From Octopus sinensis (taxonomy: Eukaryota), in assembly GCF_006345805.1 (NCBI RefSeq), contig NW_021827517.1, forward strand, positions 1 through 28,181: a stretch of 28,181 bases of DNA. Reading direction: 5' to 3'. This document shows positions 11,601-21,957 of this stretch, in pieces. The notes beneath the pieces were generated by a model, which was not told the origin of the DNA, did not search any database, and saw only the letters and a program-made list of their open reading frames with translations. The position numbers and the translations under genes are program-made. Every line of letters starts with the position of its first letter. Positions within the stretch are counted from its first letter, which is position 1.

Positions 11601-12179
11601 ATGCATCCATTTCCAAATAAGTTTATCTTAATCTTTTTGATGCAACTCTACCATATACTGTTTTTCTCCACCATCATTTTCTCTCTCATCCTTTCTCTAA
11701 TTCCCTTTTTTATCCCCATTCACCGTTTTCTGTGTGTGTCTCTCTCTCCTCTCCCTCTTTCTCCTGTTCTCTCTCTCTCTCTCTCATTGCTCACATGTGA
11801 CCATCATCCATCTTTCTTTTCCTCATGTGATCATCTTTCTTTGGTTTCAGAACTGTCCTAATGACTGGATGTATCCAACCTCGCTCTTCTAAAAGAAAAT
11901 ATTTCTTCAGCGTTTGCTATTTTACGCTCATTCTAGTCTGACGACGCTTCATGTTTCTTTTCGTTTGGTTTCCTTGTACGTCTCCACTGACCTGTTTTTG
12001 TTCCCAACTGTGACCCTCCATAAATCCCAAATTGGAATAGACAGACAGTCGACAAAAGATAAAGAGTCGCTCCTTTATGTTACTTCTGTTTTCCATTTGT
12101 TTCTCTCATCGTTTGCGTATTGAACGCATTTGTTTTTGTATTTTGTGTTGTTTACTGTTGGTGACGCATCCTGTACTCA

Positions 12180-12183
12180 TATA

Positions 12184-12257
<74 letters not shown>

Positions 12258-12530
12258 GAAATAAATAAAACCATATGTGTCTGTGTATATATATGTGTGT
12301 GTGTGTATATATATAAATATACATATATATGGATATATATATATATGCATATATATAGATATAGGGATATATATGTATATATATTCCTGAGCATTATACT
12401 AATACATCTGTTTGTTTTGTACACCACCTGTCTTTGTCTTGTTTTTTTCATAAACTCTCCCTATATATATATATATATATGCATATATATAGCTATATAA
12501 ATAAAACCATGTGTGTATGTATACATATGT
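12180..12530. repeat. Compound (TA)n/(TG)n low-complexity tract
   Basis: Alternating AT and GT runs with a recurring ataaaaccat unit. Confidence 0.9.
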
Positions 12531-12654
12531 ATATAGGCGCAGGAGTGGCTATAGCAGAAGACACTTGCCCAAGATGCCACGCAGTGGGACTGAACCCGGA
12601 ACAATGTGGTTGGTAAGCAAGCTACTTACCACACAGCCACTCCTGCGCCTATAT
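12531..12654. mobile_element. SINE 5' head fragment with an inverted duplication of its first bases
   Basis: 12531-12550 atataggcgcaggagtggct is the perfect reverse complement of 12635-12654. The interior is a minus-strand SINE head. Confidence 0.85.
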
Positions 12655-12774
12655 ATATATGGTTTTATATATTTATAGGGTTTTATATATTTATATATAT
12701 AACTATATATATATATATGGTTTTATATATTTCTATATATAACTATATGTATATATATGTAACTATATATATAT

Positions 12775-13509
12775 ATTACGGAGATGTACTTGCATAGCAA
12801 GTGACTTGATCTGAGATCGTGTGCTGGAACGAAAACAATTGCAGCATAGCAGGTGTTTATAAGCCATTTAAGAAACACACAAAACCGTAAGATTCACTTC
12901 AACATCTAAATTTAATTTGTCAAAATATTTTCGTCGCTTTGAGACCACGACCTGTTCACTGACAAAACTTTGTGCTGCATCTGAGAAAGTAACAGTTAGT
13001 TCATGATATATATATGTACGTATGTATGTATGTATGTATGTATTTAGGAGAGTGTGTAGATGTGTCTGTGTGTTTGTACATGTGTATGTATATGTGAATG
13101 TATGTTTATGTGTCAGTTCAAGTTGTATATATGTATACACACATATACATATATATAGACACACACGTGTGTGTGCGTTTGTCTCTCTCTCACCACCTCT
13201 AATGGTGAATGGATACGATGTCTTAGATACATATATGCACATATAACCTTATACACATATACAAGTATACACAATCATACAGACACTTACACATACACAC
13301 AAACATACACATAATCATAAAGTATACACACATATATGCTCATCCATCTCTACATACACACACACACATACGTACATATATATTTATACATACACACCCA
13401 CATACATATATAAGACACTATTCTGGGACAACGGTTAAAATCCAAACTTGCTTTATTTTAATCTATTTATCTTTTTTTTTCTATTTTTTTTTACATGCAT
13501 ATATATATA
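12775..13509 (-). mobile_element. PLE family 1 pLTR (putative 3' pLTR) with a tail running into the ORF start
   Basis: 12775-13010 matches 18507-18745; 13020-13246 matches 18820-19107 with deletions; 13247-13509 is the reverse complement of about 21225-21535. It ends in (TA)n at 12775. Confidence 0.85.
12916..12966 (-). ncRNA. Minimal type I hammerhead-like ribozyme, G3:C8 core variant (best-paired copy)
   Basis: UUUGUCA-GUGAACA-G-GUCGU-ggucucaaa-GCGAC-GAAA-AUAUUU-UGACAAA: 7-bp helix I, 5-bp helix II, GAAA, palindromic AAUAUU helix III. Confidence 0.72.
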
Positions 13510-14394
13510 TCTCTTATTATAAAAGGCAGATTTTATCTGCCTCCCTTTGGGAGTTATACAAATCTACAATATAGGATTTCTTCAATTACAATTTACCTAG
13601 CATTTTTAAGAGTACAATGCATCGCGTCATGCCAGGTCCAGTTTTTAAAATTTAAACTCCAATTAAGCAAAATTTACAGAAAACTCACATTCTGGTGTGT
13701 GTGTCAAATGCTTTTCTTAGTCTGGTTTACACCACACGCAAACGCACACACACAGTGTGCAACGAATAAAATGAAAGTAAATAGCGACAGAGTGATTTGA
13801 GGAAGACTAAACTGAAAGTATTTAAACCACTACTCAAAAAATAAAAAAACACAGCAAACAGAAACAAATAAATACATAACCATTTACTCCTCACACAATT
13901 TCTTCAATTAGAATTTACCTAAGATTTTTCAGAGTACTTCAGTGGGTGATGCCATAAAAAATTTCTTTCAATTTTACCACCAATTAAGACAAAATTCGAG
14001 AAAACTCAATATTTTAACATATCACTCCGAAAGCATTGATGTACATGTGTGCGTGCGTGAGTGTGTGTGTGTCATTCCTCACACACACACGCATACACAT
14101 ACATATACAACTACATACAACTACATACACATACAAACACGTGTGTGTTTGTTATTAGTAAAAAAGGCGCCAAATCACAACTCACTTATCATTCCTACAC
14201 ATTTGCAAAGACACACGGACGGACAGAAAAGGTAAATTGGTTTTTATTTTACTCTGTATATATTTTATTATATAATATTATATATAGATATATGTATATA
14301 TAATTGCAGTATGAAACAGTGTTTATGTATAAACAGACGACACTTATATATAGTTATTATAATAAGAGATTAATAAATGTATGCATCCGTTTAA

Positions 14395-14719
14395 CCCTTT
14401 CGTTACCAAGCCGCCCGAATTTACCTATTCATATTTAATGAGAATATCAGAGCAATCTCTTTAGTACATTCGTGAAAACACGTATTATACTTCGTAAACA
14501 CTTCAACTACAGTTTTGTACAAAAATCGAAGTGTAATTTTAATTCCGTGAATTATGGGAGATTTTTTTCCGAAATTTGTTCCTATTGTGTTTTCAAAATT
14601 TGTAATTCTGACAAAAAATGGATACGAATTTCATTATATCAAGCAGCGAGTCAGAATTCGAAGGATTTTCTACGGAAGACCTTCATAAATCTAACTCTAT
14701 GACTGAAAAAAAAAAAGCA
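14395..14719 (+). mobile_element. Left end of a piggyBac-like MITE, lacking its right end
   Basis: TTAA (14391-14394) followed by ccctttcgttacc, the same terminal style as the 7708-8322 element. No matching right terminus was found. Confidence 0.5.
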
Positions 14720-15117
14720 TCTTTATATAAGAGTGAAGTTGTGTGGTGTCTGTCTCCTACGATTTAGATTCCTAACTACTCCCACATTTTGCGGTGCAGT
14801 TTAACCAAAAGCGGGTATCTTATAGTCGTGATTCATATCGAGCCCTTCTGGGTATTAGCGTGCGTCTACGATGAGTCTACGATTAAAAAAAAATTTACCA
14901 TCATATTTTTCCATTTTAATGCATTTTTTTCGCTTTTATATAAGGGAAGTAACTCTCTAAAAATATCTACGATGTGTCAACGATTTAAAAAAAAATTTAC
15001 CTTAATTTTTTTTCAATTTTTTATGCATTTTTTTGCTATTTTTTGGCTATAACTCTCTAAAAATGCTTATATAGTTATTTCCCTTACAACCCGAGCAACG
15101 CCGGGCGATACTGCTAG
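14720..15117 (+). mobile_element. Short inner Helitron (398 bp) providing the 3' end of the compound element
   Basis: It has its own A|TC start, tctttatataagagtgaagttgtgtggtgtctgtctcc, and a diverged 101-bp tandem duplication (14866-14966 / 14967-15064). Confidence 0.72.
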
Positions 15118-15400
15118 TATATATATATATTATATTATATGTATATAATATATATATATATAATAATATATATATTTACACATACTCATAAGTGCATACA
15201 TGTACATACTTATACACTAACATACACAACACAACACAACACATACGTATACATACATATACAACTACACATTCGTACATACATGTCAAACAATGTACGC
15301 TCGTACGGTTATATATAACTGCATATATGTATTTTAGTACCAAGCATTTCATCATGTATGCATGGATTATTATGTGTAAATGAGAGAGAGAGAGGGGCTG

Positions 15401-18400
15401 TTATAGAATAGTACTCCCGAGTGGAATCTGGATGTTACCCCATTCGGATTTTCGGTTTAGAGTGGGTTTGTATTCCTGTATACAAACAGCTTCAGTGACC
15501 TGTCTCAGCATTGCATCAGTGGGATGTGTAGATAAGATGTTTAATTTAAGTCTCCCTAAGGAGCCCTTGTGGCAGTCTACAGCATGCTGATAGAAGATGG
15601 AGTTTTGTTTCTTTTCAATGTAGTCGTCCAGGTGTTCTTTGAACCTATCATTGATACTCCTAGAAGTCTCACCTATGTATGACTGTGGGTTAGTCGCGCA
15701 AGCTCCTTCTTGGCACTTAATTTGGCATACAGTGCTCTTGGTTTTGCAGTTCATATGTGGGTTTGTAGAACATACTGCACAATTATTTTGACAAGTGGAT
15801 CTATCAATTGGATATGGTCTACACAATACAGATTTGATAGTCCTACCTGTCTTTTCTACAACCTTGATCTTAAGGCCAGTGGTGTGCAGAATTTTCTTGA
15901 ATTCCTTACACAATTCTTTCTTAGGTGTGACATCAACAAACATTACAGTGAAATTTTTTGTTATCATACCAAGTATTGGTTTTATTTCTCTTGTTGGTGT
16001 CTCTCTCTAACCTATTCCAGAATTTGTTGCGGTATAGGGGACATGTACCATTTTCGTCATTACTTAGAATGCGTTGGAATCTTGTTTTCGCTCCTTTGTA
16101 CACTCTGATTCTGCCATATTGCGTGTATCCGGAGGAGCGTTGCATTTGGAATATGAAGTGCTGGATGTGTTGTTGTCGTTCTGGTGGTTGGCATAGTGGA
16201 GATACATTCCTCATTACTCTAAGTCTGCCACCAGGATGTTGAGCTTGGCAGTACTCGACATCGCTGAGTCACTACGGATTACCAGTGGATTAGCCATAGG
16301 TTTACAATAGTGTGAGTGGAGCATACAGGGTTTAACAGTTCCGTTAACCATAGTATTTTTCATCCACAGCTCAGTATCCAGGACAGTAATCTATTACTGG
16401 GGTGTTTAGAGGGGTAGCCCACGGTAACTTTTATACTACTATGAATAGAGTCAGCTATGTGTTGTATAGCAGTCATCACCTGTTCTTCATTTAGTGGAGA
16501 GTCTATATCTATATTACTATTACATTTCATGACAAGGTTAATGTCGTCAACGTAGCGAGTGTACATAGCTAAGTGGATGTTATGGGTCGCTAGGCACTGT
16601 TTAAAATGTCTGTCCCACCATACCATGAAGCGGTTTGCAACATCACCGGCGATCCCTACTCCAATAGCACCACCTTTCATCTGTTTATAAATTTTGCTGT
16701 TGAACTTAAAAATATGAGTTTTAAGTATAGTTCTAAGGCTGACACCGATAGCATGTGCGATGGTAGTTCTGATGTCCTGTGCATCTGAAGGTGGGTAGTC
16801 TGGCTTCATCCAGCCCTGCCAGCGTTCACAGTGGGTTTTTTTTTGTATGCTGAGGTAATGGTAGGTGATCTACCTCGTTTGTTACGGATGGGACAAGCAT
16901 AAAGAAGATTATTGTGTGACAGATACTCATCAGTACATGTCAGGGCCAGGAAGAGCCCTAGTTCATAAATGTCCACATTTTTAAACATCATATTACTCTC
17001 ACTAATTATCTTTATACATTTTTCGACAGCAAAGTCTACATCAATGGAAGGACATAGTGATACCACATCCATGCTACCTACGATGTGGTCACTGAGGTCA
17101 CACGGCTTGTTGCAGTCGCAGATCCTGCTAAGGAGGTCCTCAGTACTATCACATACATCCACAGATAACTCTATTAAGGGTCGTAGGAATTGTGAGAGAA
17201 AATATGATATTTTGTGGTTGTTTGCATCGTTGGCACCACAAACAGGTCGGGTAGGTGGCCCAAGTATATGATCCATGTGGCTCTTATGATCTTTTCGAAG
17301 GCCATATAGGGGTGGGATTTCATTGTTGGTAGTAATGAAATTGTTCGCTGTGCGTTTCTCAGACTGGAGAATGATACTCCACATCCCCATGTGAGCATTA
17401 AGGACTTTTTCGTTTCCAATGTACTCGAGTGTTGTTGTTTCTGTCATGTCTCTGATGTGTGGTTGCATGTTCAAAATGTAATTAGATAAGTTATCAGCAG
17501 ACATTCTACCTGATTTGTCAGTTGGGAAGCATACAATCTCTCTATTTTTGATACAATTTCTTAATTTGTTAAGGCCTTTCTTAATTTTGGTGTCAAGATC
17601 ATGGGTCTTATTTTTTGTTCGTTTTTGTTTATGCCTTTGGGTGTAATTAGAGAAAGCTGACAGGAGTTTGGATTTAGTAAGGGTACACTTTGCTTCTAAA
17701 GCAGCGTTAGCATAGGGTGGCATGCATACTCTTTTGTTAAAGGGTAAGTTGGTAGGGCAGACTCTTTTCATGTCAAACGACATGTCACGTTTGCCATAGA
17801 AACAACGTATGGAATAGTTATTGTCAGATATGTCATGGATGTCAGGATTTTGGTTGTGGTTAAAGTGTGTTCTCCATCTAAGTTTGGTGAAGCACTTCTC
17901 AATGTCTGATAGTATTGATATCTTACTAACCTTATTATAAGTGGCGAACTTTGGGAGTTCTAAGGCAGCGAGTTCATCTGTATCCAGTTGTACCCCTCTG
18001 TACACTCTTACGTTTCTTTTTAGTTGGTCATCATCTATGGGTTTCTCATTCATAGAAATTCCATCAAACGATTCAGTCATGTCAAACTGTTTAGTTCTTG
18101 GGTGGTTGTATGGTAGTTGTAATGTCCATGTTAGTTTCTCTTCAACATGTTCCATGCACCTGTTCCATACGGAGTTACATTCATGACAGAGTAGTTCTTT
18201 TAATTGTTTCATTTCTTGATTATTTAGTAAGTTCTTCACTTTAGCGAGGGCCTCTCGCTTTTCCTTTTCTTTAGTGGCAAGGTGTATATATAGTTTGGAC
18301 TTCAGGTTCGTCATTAAGATACGTTTTAGTCTCGACGCTTGTCCTTTCTTTAGGTTTAGTCCTTCGAACGTTTTGTAAATCCTTTTCGGGTAAACCTTCA

Positions 18401-18599
18401 GTGAGATGCAGTGTCTAATGAAATGAAGCTGTTGCTTAGCTGTTATTTTTCTCAAACAAGTAACGGCTTTCCTCAGAGTTTTGGTAGCCTGGCTCAAGCT
18501 TTCGGAATTACGGAGATGTACTTGCATAGCAAGTGACTTGATCTGAGATCGTGTGCTGCAACGAAAACAATTGCAGCGTGGAAGGTGTTTATAAGCCAT
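15401..18599 (-). pseudogene. PLE family 1 ORF (Naiad-like RT plus C-terminal GIY-YIG endonuclease), nearly complete, about four frameshifts
   Basis: RT motifs DKSGR, GSMDVVSLCPSID, KQMKGGAIG..AGDVAN.FM.WWD, RYVDDIN, Y.KPMA and PLYR..W..R..K..K..WY. Linker CQNNCAVC; endonuclease CKTKSTV..I.C..C....YIGETSRSINDRFKEH...MLRQVTEAV.I....LNRKSEW. Frameshifts at the T9 run 16836-16844, about 16385, about 16222 and about 15960. Clade label is from recalled motifs only. Confidence 0.88.
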
Positions 18600-18750
18600 T
18601 TAAGAAACACACAAAAGCCGTTAGATTCACTTCAACATTTAAATTTAATTTGTCAAAATATTTTCGCTGCTTTGAGACCGCGACCTCTTCACTGACAAAA
18701 CTTTGTGCTGCATCTGAGAAAGTAACAGTTAGTTCCTGATATATATGTAC

Positions 18751-18784
<34 letters not shown>

Positions 18785-19232
18785 GTGCACATGTATGTGC
18801 GCATGCCTATACGCATGTATGTATGTACCTATGTACTTATGTATGTATGTGAGTATTTAGGAGAGTGTGTAGATGTGTCTGTGTGTTTGTACATGCGTAT
18901 GTATATGTTAACGTATGTTTATGTACTGATATGTATCAGTTCAAGTTGTATACATGACTGTTACCTTGTTGAAGGTTGTATATATGTATACACACATATA
19001 CATTTATATAGACACACACACACGTGTGTGCGTGTGTGTGCGCGCATTTGTCTCTCTCTTACCACCTTCTACTGGTGAATGGATACGTCTTAGATACATA
19101 TATGCATGCATATACGCATGTATGTATGTACCTATGTACTTACGTATGTATGTGAGTATTTAGGAGAGTGTGTAGACGTGTCTGTGTGTTTGTACATGTG
19201 TATGTATATGTGAACGTATGTTTATGTACTGA
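18600..19232 (-). mobile_element. PLE family 1 5' pLTR (partial, with internal duplication)
   Basis: Matches 12868-13246; 18810-18929 is repeated at 19113-19232. Confidence 0.85.
18649..18699 (-). ncRNA. Hammerhead-like motif, family 1, mutated copy (GUGAAGA; helix II base disrupted)
   Basis: UUUGUCA-GUGAAGA-G-GUCGC-ggucucaaa-GCAGC-GAAA-AUAUUU-UGACAAA, located 50 nt upstream of the ORF ATG. Confidence 0.6.
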
Positions 19233-21218
19233 GGTGTTGTTCTTCGGACATTTGTAGAAGGGAAAGATCTTAAATTTTCCTTCTCCATAGGTGTGTACTT
19301 AGTGGTATCTTGCATAGTTCTTCCTGCCGAACATGTTGTCGGTGAATACTGGTTCGCTGGCACAAAGAATTACCAGTTTCACCTATGTAATCCTCCTTGC
19401 ATGTGGGGCAAGTTATGCAGTATATAACGTTCTGCGTCTTGCAGTTCATATCTGCATTTACTTTAAATACGTAACCACTTTTAAATCTCATCTCTTTGTT
19501 TCCCTCTATGTATTTGTAGGTGGGAGTGCTGCAGATCCCACATCTACCATCTCCGCACTCTTTTGTAAAGAATTCAGTTTTAGTTTCTGAAGAGAATTTC
19601 GCTCTTGTTAGATGTTTCTTTAGGTTTTTGTCCTGTCGTCTGCTGTTTTTTATGATATATTTGTTTAATATGGTTTTCATTTTGGGGCTTTGTAAGGCTA
19701 TTGGCAGGTTTGAATGTATGATTTGGAACATGTTGGTAACTCCAGGGTTGTGCGTGTTTATAAAAGGGATAATGTTTTCTTTATTTTTTGTTTTGAGTGT
19801 CCTGAGTTGTGTGATGTCTAGTTTCAATGTTCTTGTGATTCCATTGTCTATTAGTTTAAGGGGATATTTTTGCTCTAGAAGGAAGTTTTTAAGTTCATCT
19901 AGTCTTAGTAGGCGTGTTTGTGAATCAGTTACTATGCTACATATTCGTCTTGCCATACTATATGGGATGTTTCTTTTTGTGTGGGATGGGTGGCAGGAGT
20001 GGAAATTTAAATATTGGTGTGTGTCAGTTTTTTTGTAGTGGATGTCTGTTGTGATGATGGAGTTGTGTATTTTGATGTTGATGTCTAGGAAGGGAAGTTG
20101 GTTGTGGCTGGTATCTATTGTGAAGTTGATAGATGGGTGCAGCGTATTGAGGATGTTGTGGAATGTTCGTAGGTCTTCTTCTGATCTGTTCCAAAAGATG
20201 AAGCAGTCATTGAGGCAGTGTTTCCACTTTTTCTTGATGTCTTCTCTGAAGTCGTGTTCAAAGACTTTCCCTATTTCATCGTATAGTTTGTTCTCCAGGA
20301 AACCCATCACCAGGTTAGCATATGAAGGTGCGAATTTTGTACCCATAGCCGTGCCCTTTATCTGTCGGTATGTCTTGTTGTTGAATGAGAATGTATTTTC
20401 TTCGAGTATTAATTGGGTGGCTTGGGTGATAAAGTTTGTCTTGGAACGTTCGTCTATAAGTTCTCTGTATTTTTCTATTGATTACTTTATTGCTTCTAGA
20501 CCTAGGGTGTGTGGTATGTTTGTGTATAGATTTGTGACATCAAAGCTTGCAAGTATGGTGTTTTTCGGGACTGTATTTGGAATGTGTGTGAGGAAGTCTA
20601 TGTCATCCCTTATGTAGCTTGGTATCTGTGGGCATAAAGGTTTGAGGAGTACATCTATGAAGTGGCTTAGTTGTTGTGTTGGTGCCTGGGGTCCTGCCAC
20701 TATTGGTCTCATTGTGAGGTCTGTAGGCCTTTGTATTCTTATATAGTGGTTCCTCTGTTCCTTTATGGCTCTCTGTATTTCAGAGCTTTTATGAATTTTA
20801 GGTAATCCATAAAAATTGCTTTCTTTGGTTCTTGAGTTGCATAGATAGTCTTTCTCCTTATCTGTAAAGGAGTCCTGGTATTCATTGACTAAAGTTCTAA
20901 TTTTTTTTTTATTGTTGCTTTCTCCGGTGGTGTTGGTTCCTCTTTATAGTATGTCTGGTTGTTCAGTAACTCCAGTATCTTTTCTTCGTAGTAATCTGTA
21001 TCCATAATAACTATTGCTCCACCTTTGTCAGCTTCTTTTATAATGATTGACTCGTCACTTTTCAGTTTTTGTAAGGCTTGTTTTTCTCCTCTGCAGAGAT
21101 TCTGTTTGCATTTGTGTGTGTTGAGAGGGAATTTGGATATTGTCTCTATGTATGCGTCAAGGTGTTTGTCACTCCTCTTGTAAGGGGTGAAATGGGATTT
21201 TTTTCTTATGATTGAGTT
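19233..21218 (-). pseudogene. PLE family 3 fragment (Neptune/Poseidon-like RT-GIY-YIG), truncated at both ends
   Basis: Reads EADKGGAIVIMD, MRPIVAG, ASFDVTNLYTNIPH, GTAMGTKFAPSYANL, degenerate HCLND (for xxDD), LPFLDI, HPSHTKRNIPYS, CGDGRCGIC and NVIYCITCPTCKEDYIGET. It ends inside the endonuclease and has no pLTR of its own. Confidence 0.88.
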
Positions 21219-21871
21219 ATATATATATGTATATGCATGTAAAAAAAAAATTGAAAAAAAAAAATTTTTAATTTAAAAAAAGGATAAATAGATTAAAATA
21301 AAGCAAGTTTGAATTTTAACCGTTGTCCCAGAATAGAGTGTCGTATATATGTATATATATATATGTATGTGGGTGTGTGCGTGTGTGTATGTATAAATAT
21401 GTATATATGTATGTATGTGTGTGTATATGTATGCAAGTAGAGATGGATGAGCATATATGTGTGTATACTTTATGATTATGTGTGTCTGTATGATTGTGTG
21501 TACTTGTATATGTGTATAAGGTTATATGTGCATCACATGTACAAACACACAGACACGTCTACACACTCTCCTAAATACATACATACGTACGTAAGTACAT
21601 AGGTACATACATGCGTATAGGCATGCACATATGCATGCACACATACATACATACATACACACACATATACATACACACACACACATACATATGTAGATAT
21701 ATATCATGAACTGTTACTTTCTCAGATGCAGCACAAAGTTTTGTCAGTGAACAGGTCGCGGTCTCAAAGCGCAGAAAATATTTCGACAAATTAAATTTAA
21801 ATGTTGAAGTGAATCTAACGGTTTGGTGTGTTCTTAAATGGCTTATAAACACCTTCCACGCTACAATTGTT

Positions 21872-21874
<3 letters not shown>
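21219..21874 (+). mobile_element. PLE family 1 pLTR in inverted orientation
   Basis: Reverse complement of 13247-13509 joined to the reverse complement of about 18560-18890. It ends in (TA)n at 21875. Confidence 0.85.
21740..21790 (+). ncRNA. Hammerhead-like motif, family 1 (GUGAACA core; helix I and II base changes)
   Basis: UUUGUCA-GUGAACA-G-GUCGC-ggucucaaa-GCGCA-GAAA-AUAUUU-CGACAAA. Confidence 0.6.
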
Positions 21875-21935
<61 letters not shown>

Positions 21936-21957
21936 AACATATATATTTATATATATA
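21875..21957. repeat. (TA)n microsatellite, continued at 23242-23281 beyond the Tc1/mariner insertion
   Basis: TA runs lie on both sides of the transposon. Confidence 0.9.

Larger units (their letters stand above)
13510..15117 (+). mobile_element. Non-autonomous compound Helitron (1608 bp)
   Basis: 5' TC (tctcttattataaaagg) follows A at 13509. The 3' hairpin cccgagcaacgccggg (15090-15105) precedes CTAG (15114-15117), followed by T. Inserted in (AT)n with no TSD. Confidence 0.82.

Noticed and set aside
11890-11965. CTGACGA at about 11938 and an aaatattt palindrome nearby as another hammerhead
   Set aside because: Core elements are not in the correct order on either strand, and no helix I closes the motif.
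11600-14310. Many 60-125 aa ORFs rich in Y/I/C/V/H/T in the supplied track
   Set aside because: They are translations of (TA)n, (TG)n and (CT)n microsatellites and AT-rich UTRs, with no domain content. The same applies to ORFs overlapping SINEs and the antisense strands of LINE/PLE ORFs.
15401-18599. Selenocysteine (in-frame UGA) recoding, reported for some Naiad elements
   Set aside because: The ORF breaks are frameshifts, and I saw no in-frame TGA at a conserved Cys position in the reconstructed reading.
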